A program made the position numbers and the translations under genes. Below, in pieces: positions 19,720 to 34,572 of a DNA stretch of 64,000 bases (within the stretch, counting starts at the first letter, position 1; every line of letters begins with the position of its first letter). The DNA is from Methanobacteriota archaeon (GTDB lineage Archaea > Methanobacteriota > Methanobacteria > Methanobacteriales > Methanobacteriaceae), in the NCBI GenBank assembly GCA_963787255.1, contig CAWBCJ010000029.1, positions 928,001 through 992,000 of the forward strand. Direction: 5' to 3'. The notes under the pieces were generated by a model. It was not told the origin of the DNA. It saw only the letters and a list, made by a program, of their open reading frames with translations, and did no database searches.

Positions 19720-20033
19720 TTGAATCATATTTTAGAGTCAATTAGACTTATTGAAGATTATAATAATTTAATAAAAGAAGATTTCTTAAACGATGATTTC
19801 ATTCAAGATGCTGTAACCTAAAGAATTAAGGTCATTTCAGAATTTGTAAACTACCTTTCAGAAGACTTTAAGATTTCATATCCTTCCATTCCTCGAATAA
19901 CAATTCAAGTGTAAAAGAAACTCTTGAAAATGAAGAAATTCACCGGGAAATGATATGGGTCATAATAGAAAATGAAATATCTCTTTTAAAGAAAGAAATT
20001 TTAAAAATAAATGAAGTTAAATTAAGCTATTAA
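19720..20033 (+). pseudogene. Eroded DUF86/HepT-like HEPN gene remnant
   Basis: Manual translation: NHILESIRLIEDY..EDFLNDDFIQDAVT*RIKVISE..LSEDFKISYPSIP, then in another frame MIWVIIENEISLLKKEI; in-frame TAA at 19819-19821; RxxxxH region absent. Confidence 0.75.
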
Positions 20034-20085
20034 ATTTAATATTAACACTATTTAATCTAGATTCTAAATAGGAGAAAAATAAGAA

Positions 20086-20664
20086 ATGAACATAAGAGAA
20101 TTCATTGAAGAATACTTTAAAATGAGTAGATATGTTGCTTTAGGTACATTGGACGGAATACTGGCTGTTATGGGTGTTACTCTTGCTGCAAGTGGTATTG
20201 CTGCAGCTGGCGGAGTTGAAATTTCAAATTTTGTTATAGGACTCACTGGACTTAGTGGGGGGATTGCTCTTGCAATGTCCAATGCATTCGGTTCATTTAT
20301 AGGTGAACGTGCAGAAGAAGCACGAACTCTCCGAGAACTTGAGGATAAAATGATGCTTAGCGAAGGGGAGCTTGATGACACAATTATTCACAAGCAGGCC
20401 AAAAGAAGGATTTACATGAGTATGTTTACTCATGGATTTTCGAGTTTTGTAGGTTCATTTGTGCCTGTAGTCCCTTTTTTGTTAATTGCAGATAGAATGA
20501 GTGCTTTAGTAACTACTTTAGCAGCATGTTTCATTGCATTAGCTGTACTTGGTATATATTTGGGTAAAGTTTCCAGGGAAAGCCTTCTTAAAACAAGTGT
20601 GGAGATTGTGATAATAGGCGTAGTTATCAGTGCAATATCATTATTAATAGGCGGCAGTCACTAA
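20086..20664 (+). CDS. TIGR00267 / VIT1-CCC1-like membrane protein
   Basis: RYVALGTLDG, SNAFGSFIGERAE, PVVPF pattern. Confidence 0.8.
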   Translation: MNIREFIEEYFKMSRYVALGTLDGILAVMGVTLAASGIAAAGGVEISNFVIGLTGLSGGIALAMSNAFGSFIGERAEEARTLRELEDKMMLSEGELDDTIIHKQAKRRIYMSMFTHGFSSFVGSFVPVVPFLLIADRMSALVTTLAACFIALAVLGIYLGKVSRESLLKTSVEIVIIGVVISAISLLIGGSH

Positions 20665-20708
20665 AAATAAGTAATTAAAATAAATATGGATTTATAATAA
20701 ACTTTTTT

Positions 20709-21555
20709 TTATTCTAAATCAATTCCATACACCTTTTTTATATTTTCAACATGAATAATATGAGCATCTTTTCCTGTTAAAGTACCGTTTCTCAAAAGTT
20801 CTTTTGTCCTTCGGGGAACTGTTTTTGGGCCTAAAACAGCTCCAGGACGGCTTTTCATATCCAGATAATCCGTTTCCATCAGAAAGTTATTCCCTTTTTT
20901 CAATCCTTCAACTCACAACAGTTTTAGTCGCAATCAAAGATGGTGTTAAACCGTGATTTTCATTTTTACTAACTAATGGTCCTGAAAAATGTTTTATTAC
21001 CTTATGCCTTTCTAAACCCGCTTCATCGGCCATTTCAGCAAATTCTAAAAATTGTTTTTCTTCAGCACTTTCTGTATGGAGCTGCACAGCGCAATCAGCA
21101 TCTGCAGCAAGCTCCATTGCATATAAAATAAGTTTATTGTGAACTTCAAGCTCTTCTGGAGAAACTTCATAGTGGGGCCTTCCAATTTCTCCAATTGCAA
21201 TGGCTTTACCTTCAATAACAAGTTTCTGGGCAGATTCTAAAGTTCCTTTCATCATTTTTTCAGCCATCTGAAGTTTCATGCCGTTTTCAACGCGCCTTGA
21301 AAGTTCTGCTGGATGTGCACCTACTACTGCAAAAGCTTTTACATCGGTACATTCATTTATTTCGTTTACATATTTTATAACAAGCTCCATGGCTTCTTCA
21401 AAGTTACATGATTTTCCTACAGTCCATGTGGGCTTGTTGGGAATGATCATTACGTTTCCACCAGCTCTCTGGAATTTTTTAGCAACTTCAATTGGACCTT
21501 CACCGTTTATAGGGTCAACATGTATATGATTATCTGTAATAATTAAATCTTCCAT
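20709..21555 (-). CDS. TatD-like amidohydrolase-fold protein, split by a +1 frameshift near 20910
   Basis: DNHIH, GEIGRPH, QLHTE, KHFS in one frame; FLMETDY and RPGAVLGPKTVP in the next. Confidence 0.85.
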
Positions 21556-21559
21556 AAAA

Positions 21560-22418
21560 TTACCTCTTCTTTTTTCTATGCTCCTTTAAAGCATTTTCAA
21601 AGATTTCAAGGGGAGGATAAATACCAGTCCATATTTTAAAGGATTCCATCCCCTGATAAATCAACATTTTAATTCCAGATACGGCTTCAGCGTTTGCTTT
21701 TTCACATTCTTTGAGTAAACATGTTTTTAGGGGATTGTAAACAAGAATCATTAACAACTAGATTTTTATGCATCATTCCAGCTTTAACCAGCGGCTCTTG
21801 GTCTATATCAGGATACATTCCAATGGGAGTGGTATTAATTAAGATATCTGCATCTAAAAGCTCATTTTCAAGTTTTTCCCCGAAATCTACAGTTTTGACA
21901 TCTGCATTTAACTTATCTCTCAAGTCTTTTTGAAGATTAAGTGCATTTTTGGAGGTTCTATTTGCAATAATCAGTGACCCAGCGCCTTCAATTAGTATTT
22001 GAAATGCAACTGCTCTTGCCGCTCCGCCTGCACCTAAAATAATAACTTTTTTATTTTTCACACTGCTAACTTCTTCAATGGATTTAACAGCGCCAATTCC
22101 ATCTGTATTAAACCCTATAATGCCATTTTCATCAAATTTCACAGTGTTTACTGCCCCAATTAGTTCTGCAGCTTTATCAAGAGAATCAAGGTGCTTAATA
22201 ATCTCTGTTTTATGCGGAATGGTCACGTTAAGTCCTTTTATGTTCAACGAATTTGCTCCGTTTATTGCATTTTTAAGAGCGTTTTCAGCCACTAAAAATG
22301 GTACATAGATATAATCTAGGTCTAGTTGCTTAAAAGCAGCATTATGCATTAATGGAGATAGGCTGTGCTCTATGGGATTGCCAATTATTCCAACAACGTT
22401 AGTTTTACCGGTTATCAT
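21560..22418 (-). CDS. aroE: Shikimate dehydrogenase, split by a +1 frameshift at 21746-21747
   Basis: HSLSP, NVTIPHK, GAVNT, NTDG, GAGGAARA; removing one base restores VVNDLVYNP and MLIYQG. Confidence 0.92.
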
Positions 22419-22517
22419 TCTATCATTTTACCAATTAAATAGAATATTTTATATTCCTTCGATTAAATAAAGATTGATATATTTAAATTATAGATATTTT
22501 GAAATTATAGGGGAAAT

Positions 22518-23183
22518 TTGATGCCTGCAAAGCAAAGATTTGTTCTGGACACAACTGCATTTACAGATACACAGCTTAGAGAAGAATTTGGAGATGGAAA
22601 TCTTTCTAAAACAGTAAGTTTATTAACGGATTTAATTGCAGAGTCACGAATAAAGCTTAATATGAGCTGTCATATGCCCCCAATTACATATAAAGAGCTT
22701 ATAGAATATTTAACCCGATATGAATGTCCTGAAGATGTACTGGTAAAAACTGAGACATGGATTGTCAAAAAAACTCCTGATAGATACGAAACCAAGATCC
22801 CCTCTGAAATATTCTACGAATATGTACATGACATGAGGGAACGGATGAATAAAGGAATGAGGATATCCGAAAACGCATTGTGGGAAGCTGCAGTTGAATC
22901 AATGGTAATGTTATCAAAAGGAAATAAAAAAGCGGATATTGAATTAGAGGTAATTGGAACGGCCATAAAAGACTTTAGAAAAAAATATAGGGCAGCTTTA
23001 AGAAAAGGAACCCTTGACAGCGCACCCGATCTTGACGTGCTTCTACTGGCGAAAGAATTAGGCGCAGGTGTTGTAGCTGCAGATGAAGGAATTAAGGTTT
23101 GGGCAGAACGGCTAGGATTGAGGTTTTTAAGTGCAAAATCTTTTCCTAAAATGGTAGGAGAATATTTGAAACATTATGAGTAA
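22518..23183 (+). CDS. Protein-only RNase P (HARP, PIN_5 family)
   Basis: RFVLDTTAFT, RERMNKGMR, YRAALRKGTLDSAPDLDVLLLA, AADEGI. Confidence 0.88.
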   Translation: MMPAKQRFVLDTTAFTDTQLREEFGDGNLSKTVSLLTDLIAESRIKLNMSCHMPPITYKELIEYLTRYECPEDVLVKTETWIVKKTPDRYETKIPSEIFYEYVHDMRERMNKGMRISENALWEAAVESMVMLSKGNKKADIELEVIGTAIKDFRKKYRAALRKGTLDSAPDLDVLLLAKELGAGVVAADEGIKVWAERLGLRFLSAKSFPKMVGEYLKHYE

Positions 23184-23379
23184 TTCTGGACTTTAATCAT
23201 TAATCAATAAAGATGCTAAAAGGTGACTTAAACATTTTAAGGAACTTTTAGAAATTATTAATTTAATTTTTTAAAGAAAATTATTTTAAATGAATTTTAT
23301 AGATACTATAAGAGCATAAAAAATATCATTTTTCTAATTTAACACATTAATATTAATTTATTTTGAGGGATGGTTAAAA

Positions 23380-24666
<1,287 letters not shown>

Positions 24667-24678
24667 TGGAACGATCAT

Positions 24679-25074
24679 ATGAATACAGAATATAATTTGA
24701 ACTTTAGACACAAAGTAGGCGATCAAGAACTAGTTATAGCGATAGCACAGGATTATAAAACTTCTGAAGTTCTAATGGTAGCATATATGAACAGGGAAGC
24801 CTTTCAGAAGACAGTGGAAACAAAAAAAGCGCATTACTGGAGTACTTCACGTCAGAAAATCTGGCTTAAAGGTGAAAGTTCGGGAAACTTCCAGGAAGTT
24901 CACGAGATACTGGTTGACTGCGATGAAGATGCTGTTCTTATGAAAATAAGTCAAAAGGGTGGCGCTTGCCATGAAGGATATGAATCATGCTTTTTCAGGA
25001 AATTAGAGGATGATAAATTAGAAGTTTTTGGAAATAGAGTATTTAATCCGGATGAAGTTTATAATAAGAGTTAG
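24679..25074 (+). CDS. hisI: Phosphoribosyl-AMP cyclohydrolase
   Basis: [29 protein letters not shown]. Confidence 0.95.
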   Translation: MNTEYNLNFRHKVGDQELVIAIAQDYKTSEVLMVAYMNREAFQKTVETKKAHYWSTSRQKIWLKGESSGNFQEVHEILVDCDEDAVLMKISQKGGACHEGYESCFFRKLEDDKLEVFGNRVFNPDEVYNKS

Positions 25075-25101
25075 AATTACTTAAACTTAGTTTAAAAAGT
25101 T

Positions 25102-26940
<1,839 letters not shown>

Positions 26941-26986
26941 AATTCAATTCTTTAATTCATTTTTTATAAACTAATAAGGTGATATA

Positions 26987-27739
26987 TTGAAAATAGGAGT
27001 ATCAACATTAGCATTATTCCCCATGTCCCTTGAAAAGATACTTGATTATCTAAAAAGCATCAAATTAGAATATGTCGAGATAATAAAGGAATATCCTTAT
27101 CATTCAATCGATCCAGAAGTGGTTAATTCATATAATTTCAAAACAAGTGTTCATTCACCTCTCTCAGACATAAATATTGCCTCTTTAAATGAATCTATAA
27201 GAAAAGCGTCGATTAAAGAAATTAAGGATTCCATTAATCTGGCGTCTAAAATTGATGCTTCTGTGGTTGTTGTTCATCCAGGACACATGGCCTTTTTAGC
27301 TAGGGAATTTCCGGATGAAATAATGAAAAATAGCCTTAAATCCCTTAAAGAATGTTCAAAATATGCTGAAGAGCATGGAATTTCATTATGTGTCGAAAAC
27401 ATGCCGGACATGGAAGGGCTGATCTGTAAAAACCTCGATGAGCTGTATGAGCTAACTCAGCAATTAGAGGTTTTAATGACTCTTGACGTGGGTCATGCGC
27501 ACAACATGGGCTTATCTGTTGATGAAATGCTTAAATATGATAATATTGGGCACATACACTTAAGCGACAACGACGGCTCATTTGATAACCACGATGCAAT
27601 CGGTAGTAAGAATATAGACTTTGAATTATTATTTAAAAGACTTAATAAGGAAAAATTTGAAGGCGTATGTGTAATAGAGGTTAAACAGCAGGATGAAATT
27701 TTAAATAGCCTCCATTATATCAATAAAATGGTATATTAG
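26987..27739 (+). CDS. Sugar phosphate isomerase / AP endonuclease 2 family TIM barrel
   Basis: VHSP, VVHPG, VENMP, LDVGHA, HIHLSDN..DNH, IE. Confidence 0.85.
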   Translation: MKIGVSTLALFPMSLEKILDYLKSIKLEYVEIIKEYPYHSIDPEVVNSYNFKTSVHSPLSDINIASLNESIRKASIKEIKDSINLASKIDASVVVVHPGHMAFLAREFPDEIMKNSLKSLKECSKYAEEHGISLCVENMPDMEGLICKNLDELYELTQQLEVLMTLDVGHAHNMGLSVDEMLKYDNIGHIHLSDNDGSFDNHDAIGSKNIDFELLFKRLNKEKFEGVCVIEVKQQDEILNSLHYINKMVY

Positions 27740-27973
27740 CTGATAAATATAACATCTAAGGAAAATTGGAATAAATTAGGATTATAAACTAAATAAACAG
27801 TATTTCTCGATTTAAATTATATGAAAAACCACTATTTACCTAATTTTTATTATTAAATCCAGCATAATTCATTATTGCTCCTAAAGAAATAATAGGAATA
27901 TTTATTTATGCTGAAATAGTTAATTTTAAACAGAGATTTTTTAGATGTAATATAATTAATTGGAGATTTTTCT

Positions 27974-28645
27974 ATGAAAATTGCAATAATAGGTGGAACC
28001 GGAGATCAGGGCATTGGATTGGCATTAAGATTTGTAAAAGCTGGTGAAAATATAGTTGTAGGCTCAAGAGATATTAAGAAGGCTGAAAATACCATTAATA
28101 TAATAAAAAACATGCTGGATGGCCCTGAATTAAATAACGTAAAGGGCATGACTAACGAAGATGCTGCAGCATGGTGTGATATAGCCGTCTTAACTGTACC
28201 TCTCCAAGCTCAAATGGCAACTCTTCGAAGCATAAAGGATAATTTAGAAGGAAAAATACTCATAGATGCCACAGTTCCTTTAGACGGATGTCTTGGAGGA
28301 AAACCAACCCGCTACATCGACGTCTGGCAGGGTTCAGCCGCAGAAAGATCTGCAGAATTCCTTAAAGACAAAAACGTAAAATTAGTATCTGCATTTAACA
28401 ACATAAGCGCTGCAAGCTTACTTAATGCCGATGAAGATGTTCAATGTGACTGTTTAATCTCAGGAGATGATATGGACTCTAAAAAGATAGCAATGGAACT
28501 TTCAGAGAAAATTCCCGGAGTAAAAGCTATAGACTGTGGTCCACTGGAAAATGCAAGAATCGTAGAAAAAATTACGCCGTTACTTATAAATCTAAATATT
28601 CGAAATAGAATTAAACTTGCGGGTATTAGAATAACCGGCCTTTAA
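27974..28645 (+). CDS. npdG: F420H2:NADP+ oxidoreductase
   Basis: IIGGTGDQG, GSR, SAAE, SAFNNISA, VEKITPLLINLN. Confidence 0.93.
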   Translation: MKIAIIGGTGDQGIGLALRFVKAGENIVVGSRDIKKAENTINIIKNMLDGPELNNVKGMTNEDAAAWCDIAVLTVPLQAQMATLRSIKDNLEGKILIDATVPLDGCLGGKPTRYIDVWQGSAAERSAEFLKDKNVKLVSAFNNISAASLLNADEDVQCDCLISGDDMDSKKIAMELSEKIPGVKAIDCGPLENARIVEKITPLLINLNIRNRIKLAGIRITGL

Positions 28646-28811
28646 ACTTAACATTTAATTATTTAGATTTAGTGGCATTTGAATATTGTTGATTTGAGTT
28701 AAATTATAATAATCAATAAATCCAAATTAATTTCACCACAATTTAATTCAATACAATTGTGCTACTTAAGTTAGTTTTAATCAAATTTATTAAATTTTAA
28801 AGTGAATAAAA

Positions 28812-29399
28812 ATGGAATACGTAAAAAAAACAGCAAAAGAAATAACAACACACGCTCTTGAAGTTATAGAGAAAATAAATGAAGATCAAGTCTCTAAAAT
28901 GATTGATACAATTGTTAATTCAGACTGTGTCTTCATTGTAGGTACTGGAAGGTCCGAACTCGTTGGAAAAATGTTTGCAATGAGGCTAATGCACCTTGGA
29001 TTCACCGTCCACGTGGTAGGAGATGTCACCACACCTGCAATTAAAGGAACAGACAGTCTAATCGCAATATCTGGGTCTGGAGAAACAAAAACAGTTACAC
29101 TTGCCGCAGAAACTGCTAAGGAAGTCACAGCTAAGGTTATTGGAATAACTGCAAATTTGAAATCTACCCTCAGCAAAAATCTGGACATAATGATAAATAT
29201 CGAAAGTAAAACCAAGGAACCGTGGAAATATTACACATCCAACGTTTTAAAGGGACATTACGATGATTTAACCCCAATGGGAACACTTTTTGAAGATACC
29301 GCCCATTTATTCCTTGATGGACTTATAGCAGAGTTCATGTCACGTCTTGGTAAAAAAGAAATAGATCTTAAAAGAAGACATGCCATTATAGAGAAATAA
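28812..29399 (+). CDS. hxlB: 6-phospho-3-hexuloisomerase
   Basis: GTGRS, FAMRLMHLG, ISGSGET, PMGTLFE. Confidence 0.92.
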   Translation: MEYVKKTAKEITTHALEVIEKINEDQVSKMIDTIVNSDCVFIVGTGRSELVGKMFAMRLMHLGFTVHVVGDVTTPAIKGTDSLIAISGSGETKTVTLAAETAKEVTAKVIGITANLKSTLSKNLDIMINIESKTKEPWKYYTSNVLKGHYDDLTPMGTLFEDTAHLFLDGLIAEFMSRLGKKEIDLKRRHAIIEK

Positions 29400-29428
29400 A
29401 TCTATAAATTTTACTGCCCGGTGAAATA

Positions 29429-29932
29429 ATGAATTCAGAGTTATCTGGAAATTTAGTAATTGTCAAGGATAAAAAAGCAGCTAAGCTTCACGAGAAAAGT
29501 CACTATGGAAATATGGTACCTGAAGGACTTCAACTTTCATTAATAGAAGCGCTATACTTAGTAGAAAAAGAAAAAATAAGAATTTTAAAGAAAGGAAAGA
29601 AAGTTTCCATTGACGAAATGTTTCAAATAATTCGAAAAGAGAATTTATTAACAAAATATCTTGTTTTCAGCGACCTTAGGAATAGGGGTTATATTGTAAA
29701 GACCGGATTCAAATACGGCTCCGAATTTAGGCTTTATGAACGTGGAAAATCTCCTGGAAACGGCCATTCTGATTATCTGGTTAAAGTGATTTCTGAAGAT
29801 TATGAAATAAAATCATCTGATTTTTCAAGCTACGTAAGAGTAGCCCACGGAGTTAATAAAAAACTCCTTTTTGCTGTAGTTGACGAGGAAAATGATATAA
29901 CTTACTATAATGTTGAATGGACCCGACCATAA
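29429..29932 (+). CDS. endA: tRNA-intron endonuclease
   Basis: LSLIEALYL, TGFKYGSEFRLY, HS, RVAHGVNK. Confidence 0.95.
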   Translation: MNSELSGNLVIVKDKKAAKLHEKSHYGNMVPEGLQLSLIEALYLVEKEKIRILKKGKKVSIDEMFQIIRKENLLTKYLVFSDLRNRGYIVKTGFKYGSEFRLYERGKSPGNGHSDYLVKVISEDYEIKSSDFSSYVRVAHGVNKKLLFAVVDEENDITYYNVEWTRP

Positions 29933-30147
29933 ATCATTTCAAGATGTTTTTAAAATGAAAAAATTAATACCCAACAATTTATAGAGAATTTCTGAAATTT
30001 CAAATTAATTGAAGTAGTAATACAGCAATATTTATTATAAGAGTAAGTATGTTTTATTAACACGATATTTTAAAAACCTAATTCCAATGAATTGAAGAAA
30101 CTAAAGATAATATTAATAGAAATCCTCATTACTCAAAAGGTGATCAA

Positions 30148-31254
30148 TTGATAGATCCATGGAGTTCAGCAATAATTGATTATGAAAAACTAACACAGCA
30201 ATTTGGTATTAAATCCTTTGAAGAATTTAAAAAAGAGATAGAAAACCCTCATATTTTGATTAAAAGAGGCATAGTATTTGGACATAGGGATTATGGAAGA
30301 ATAGCGAAAGCCATGATGGAAGGAAAGGAATTTGCTGTTGTAAGTGGGATGATGCCAAGTGGTAAAATGCATATCGGCCATAAAATGATTGTAGACCAGC
30401 TTATATGGTATCAAAAAAAAGGAGCAGACATTTACATACCAATAGCAGATATGGAGGCATATTCTGCAAGAGGAATTGATTTTAAAGAATCAAGAAAGCT
30501 TGCAATTGACGAATATATAACCAATTACCTTGCACTTGGCCTTGACTTTGAAAATGAAAACATAAGTATCTACCTTCAATCTGAAAATCGAATCGTGGGG
30601 GATCTGGCATACATATTAGCTAAAAGGGTTAATTTCAATGAAATGAAAGCAATTTACGGCTTTTCTGGAAGTACCAATCTTGCTCACATGTATGTGCCAT
30701 TAATTCAAGTTGCTGACATTCTACATCCTCAAATCAAGGAATGTGGTGGCCCAAAGCCAACAGTAGTTCCTGTAGGGCCTGATCAGGATCCTCACATAAG
30801 ACTCACCAGGGACATTGCAGAACGTTTTAAAAATAAATATAAGTTTATAGCACCTTCTTCAACCTACCACCGATTTATTACAGGACTTACAGGTGGTAAA
30901 ATGTCAAGCAGCAAGCCAAAAACAGCTATATTTTTAAGCGACTCTCCTAAAACAGCAGAAAAGAAAGTTAAATCCGCTAAATCTGGTGGAATGGAAAGTC
31001 TGGAAGAGCAACGAAAACTAGGAGGAGTTCCCGAAGAATGTACAGTTTATGAACTACTGCTTTATCACCTTGTAGAATCAGATAAAGAGATGGAAGAACT
31101 GTATCACGATTGTAAAAACGGAAATATCATGTGTGGGGAGTGTAAAATGAAAGCTGCAGCCATGATGAGAAAATTCTTTGATAGCTTTTCTAAAAAGAGA
31201 GAAAAAGCAAAGGAAGAAGCTAAAAAAATATTGGATAGGGAATCTAAATGTTGA
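30148..31254 (+). CDS. trpS: Tryptophanyl-tRNA synthetase
   Basis: [23 protein letters not shown]. Confidence 0.96.
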   Translation: MIDPWSSAIIDYEKLTQQFGIKSFEEFKKEIENPHILIKRGIVFGHRDYGRIAKAMMEGKEFAVVSGMMPSGKMHIGHKMIVDQLIWYQKKGADIYIPIADMEAYSARGIDFKESRKLAIDEYITNYLALGLDFENENISIYLQSENRIVGDLAYILAKRVNFNEMKAIYGFSGSTNLAHMYVPLIQVADILHPQIKECGGPKPTVVPVGPDQDPHIRLTRDIAERFKNKYKFIAPSSTYHRFITGLTGGKMSSSKPKTAIFLSDSPKTAEKKVKSAKSGGMESLEEQRKLGGVPEECTVYELLLYHLVESDKEMEELYHDCKNGNIMCGECKMKAAAMMRKFFDSFSKKREKAKEEAKKILDRESKC

Positions 31255-31907
31255 AAAGAAGTTCTAGAAGATATGCAGACAATGAAGAATTTCACGGATT
31301 TTTCGGGGGTCTGTACAAGCGCAATGAATTTTTATTAATGATTTCTGCAGTTGTATTTTTTGGTTCGCTGTTTATAGGTTATTTTTTAGCAGGATTTTTA
31401 GATCAAATATTAATAGGCACCCTCCGATCATTTAAAGATAGCATTAGCAAGGGCCAGATTCAACTCACTACCCTCTCAATATTTGCTAACAACATAAAAA
31501 TTGCACTCCTTCTTTACGGTTGCGGAATAACTTTGGGAATATTCACATTGGGGATACTGGCGTACAACGGTATTTTTATTGGATATGTGGCATCTAAATT
31601 CCCTGTAGGGGATTTTATAATCTACACTATACCTCATGGGATATTCGAACTTACAGGTATTGTAGTTGCAGGTACCGCTGGTTTAAGGCTTGCAAGCACT
31701 ATAATACATATAATAAGAGATATTTTAGATATTCGGAGATACATGCCTATAGGAACGCAATTAAAACATGTATTAGATGTGAATTACATGGAATTTAAAG
31801 AATCTCTGATATTAGTCATAATTGCAGCAGCCTTAATTCTTATTGGAGCTTTCATTGAGGCTAATTTTACGATAGCATGGGGTAATTACATTAAAGGCGT
31901 TTTATAG
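31248..31907 (+). CDS. SpoIIM (DUF95) family membrane protein
   Basis: IFANN, NG, IPHGIFE, AFIE motifs. Confidence 0.85.
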   Translation: MLKRSSRRYADNEEFHGFFGGLYKRNEFLLMISAVVFFGSLFIGYFLAGFLDQILIGTLRSFKDSISKGQIQLTTLSIFANNIKIALLLYGCGITLGIFTLGILAYNGIFIGYVASKFPVGDFIIYTIPHGIFELTGIVVAGTAGLRLASTIIHIIRDILDIRRYMPIGTQLKHVLDVNYMEFKESLILVIIAAALILIGAFIEANFTIAWGNYIKGVL

Positions 31908-32028
31908 TAGATAAAATATCTTTAAATATCCAAAATAATTAGTAAATCGAATAAGAATTCTAAATTAATTAAAAATTTAAAATAAATTTTAACTAACAAA
32001 AGAAAGAAATTCATAAATGGTGAAAATG

Positions 32029-33225
32029 ATGATTAAATGTATAACCTGTGGCGCAGAGTACGATATAAATGAGATAATATACACCTGTAACGAATGTGAA
32101 TCGATATTAGAAGTCACATGCAAACCTGAAGTTTCAAAAGACATTTTTAACTGTAGAAAATCTACAATGTGGAAATATAAAGAATTCATGCCTGTTGATC
32201 CATCTAAAATAGTAAGTCTTGAGGAAGGGGGAACTCCTTTTGTTAAGTGTGATAAACTTGGAGAAAAGCTTGGAGTAGATCTTTATGTTAAAGTAGAGGG
32301 TTCAAACCCAACAGGAAGCTTTAAAGATAGGGGAATGAGTGTTGGAATAACCAAAGCCTTAGAATTAGGGGTAGATACTGTTGGATGCGCTTCTACAGGA
32401 AATACATCAGCATCACTTGCAGCTTATGCTGCTAGAGCTGGATTAAGGTGTATAGTACTCCTTCCAGCAGGAAAAGTAGCTCTTGGAAAACTTGCTCAGG
32501 CGATGTTCCATGGTGCTGAAGTATTGTCAGTTAGGGGGAACTTTGACGAGGCATTGGAAACTATAACTGCTCTGGCACTTCAAGGTAAACTCTATCTTTT
32601 AAACTCTGTAAATCCATTTAGACTGGAAGGCCAAAAATCGATTGGGTTTGAAATAGTCGATGATTTAGGCTGGAAATCTCCGGATAGGATTATTTTACCT
32701 GTTGGAAATGCGGGAAACATATCTGCTATATGGAAGGGAGTAAAAGAATTCTATCAAGCAGGATTTATGGAAGATCTACCAATGATGACAGGAATTCAGG
32801 CAGAGGGTGCAGCACCAATTGTAAGGGCGATACGGGAAAATAAAAATGATATAATCCCATTTGAAAATCCTGAAACAATTGCAACAGCAATAAGGATCGG
32901 TGCGCCAGTCAGCGCTAAAAAAGCTTTAGCAGCAATTTATGAATCTGATGGATGTGCTGAAACTGTTACTGATGAGGAAATTTTAAGTGCTCAGAAATTC
33001 CTGGCAAGAACTGAAGGGATTGGAGTAGAACCTGCCTCTGCAGCATCAATTGCAGGGCTGATGAAGCTTGTAGAAAGCGGTGAAATAGATAAAAATGAAC
33101 AAGTAGTATGTATTGTAACTGGCCATTTATTAAAGGATCCTAATACTGCTATAAATGCATGTATAGAGCCTGTTGAAGTAGATGCTGATATAAATGAGCT
33201 TTCCAGGATTTTAAACCAGAGATAA
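32029..33225 (+). CDS. thrC: Threonine synthase
   Basis: N-terminal zinc ribbon, NPTGSFKDRG, ASTGNT, PVGNAGN, TGHLLKD. Confidence 0.95.
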   Translation: MIKCITCGAEYDINEIIYTCNECESILEVTCKPEVSKDIFNCRKSTMWKYKEFMPVDPSKIVSLEEGGTPFVKCDKLGEKLGVDLYVKVEGSNPTGSFKDRGMSVGITKALELGVDTVGCASTGNTSASLAAYAARAGLRCIVLLPAGKVALGKLAQAMFHGAEVLSVRGNFDEALETITALALQGKLYLLNSVNPFRLEGQKSIGFEIVDDLGWKSPDRIILPVGNAGNISAIWKGVKEFYQAGFMEDLPMMTGIQAEGAAPIVRAIRENKNDIIPFENPETIATAIRIGAPVSAKKALAAIYESDGCAETVTDEEILSAQKFLARTEGIGVEPASAASIAGLMKLVESGEIDKNEQVVCIVTGHLLKDPNTAINACIEPVEVDADINELSRILNQR

Positions 33226-33387
33226 TTGATTTCATTTTAAACTTATTTTAAATGAAATCTAACTTTTCTACTTATTCTATTCATTTTTGCATGAGTGAAT
33301 ACAACATGATTTTAAATGTGATGTCAAAAAATCATTGTGATTGTCTTCACGTGTCTAAATATCATATAATTTTTCAAATAATCACCC

Positions 33388-33408
33388 AAAAAAACGATAA
33401 ATATATAT
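33388..33408 (+). promoter_or_regulatory. BRE/TATA promoter of the histone gene
   Basis: AAAAAAACGATAAATATATAT upstream of a GAGGTGA SD; similar CGACAAATTTAAATA precedes the second histone. Confidence 0.55.
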
Positions 33409-33462
33409 AGGAGTAATTCAACAGAGTTATATCAATCAATATAAAAAATGAGGTGATTAAAT

Positions 33463-33666
33463 ATGGAATTACCAATTGCTCCAATTGGAAGAATAATAAA
33501 AAACGCCGGTGCTGAAAGAGTCAGCGACGACGCAAGAGAAGCTTTAGCAAAAGCTTTAGAAGAACAAGGTGAAATGATAGCTACAGAAGCTGTTAAACTC
33601 GCTAAACACGCTGGAAGAAAAACTGTTAAAGCATCCGACGTAGAATTAGCTGTTAAAAGGTTATAA
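33463..33666 (+). CDS. Archaeal histone, HMfB/HFoB type
   Basis: [21 protein letters not shown] and HAGRKTVK histone fold. Confidence 0.97.
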   Translation: MELPIAPIGRIIKNAGAERVSDDAREALAKALEEQGEMIATEAVKLAKHAGRKTVKASDVELAVKRL

Positions 33667-34142
33667 GCCTTTTATTTTCTTTTATTTTTATTTTTATTTC
33701 TTAAATATGCCCTTATTTTAACTAGAAATATATTTAATTGTCTTAAAAGTTTTCATTATAAATAGTTTCTTAAATCCTTTTAAATTTATGTTAATTCTAA
33801 GAAAAGTATATTTAATTTTAAAATAACTTTAATCATCTGTTTTTAATATGTTTAAAAGAAATAACCCCTGGAAACTTAGAATATCAATTATCTGAATCTT
33901 TTCAAAAGCTTAGATAAAGTTTATAAGCAATGATCATATACGTATATATTACTAATTCTTTTAGTGTTTTAAAAAAAACTGTTTTAGAATTGGAATTCCA
34001 CACTCTAAAGACTATAATTTTCAATATTCTAATTAAATTATAGGATGTATAGTGTTTTAAAATTGAAATTTACATTTTTGGTGTTTTTAAATCCTATTTG
34101 GCAACAACTTTTATATAGGCAAAAGTTGATATTATGATCATG

Positions 34143-34175
34143 CCGATGGATGGTATAAAAACCAGATGAAAAAGG
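34143..34175 (+). promoter_or_regulatory. Kink-turn in the rpl7ae 5' UTR overlapping the SD
   Basis: GGA-TGGT-ataaaa-ACCA-GAT-GAA: C-stem, 3-nt bulge, tandem G.A/A.G pairs; CC 34143-34144 pairs with GG of the GGAGG SD. Confidence 0.75.
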
Positions 34176-34186
34176 AGGTAAATCAC

Positions 34187-34558
34187 ATGGCAAAAGCAAT
34201 ATATGTAAAATTTGAAGTACCACAAGAAATAGCTGATAAAGCTGCTGAGGCTTTAGAAATAGCAAGAGATACAGGAAAAGTAGGAAAAGGAACAAACGAA
34301 GTAACCAAGGCCATAGAAAGAGGCAACGCGTTATTAGTACTCATAGCAGAGGACATCGATCCTCCAGAAATAGCAGCTCACTTACCTGTTCTAGCTGAAG
34401 AAAAAGATACTCCATATGTTTATATCCCAACAAAGGATGAATTAGGAGAAGCAGCAGGTTTAAATGTTGGTACAGCATCTGCAGTCATAACAGACGCAGG
34501 TGAAGCGGAAGATTTAGTCAACGAAGTAGTTGAAAAAGTCGAAGAACTTAAAAAATAA
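34187..34558 (+). CDS. rpl7ae: 50S ribosomal protein L7Ae
   Basis: [30 protein letters not shown]. Confidence 0.97.
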   Translation: MAKAIYVKFEVPQEIADKAAEALEIARDTGKVGKGTNEVTKAIERGNALLVLIAEDIDPPEIAAHLPVLAEEKDTPYVYIPTKDELGEAAGLNVGTASAVITDAGEAEDLVNEVVEKVEELKK

Positions 34559-34572
34559 TATAACTTTTTTTA

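Noticed and set aside
20908-20910. TGA in the TatD-like gene (and at 60945 in birA) as possible selenocysteine or readthrough
   Set aside because: The continuation lies in a different frame, so readthrough cannot restore the protein.
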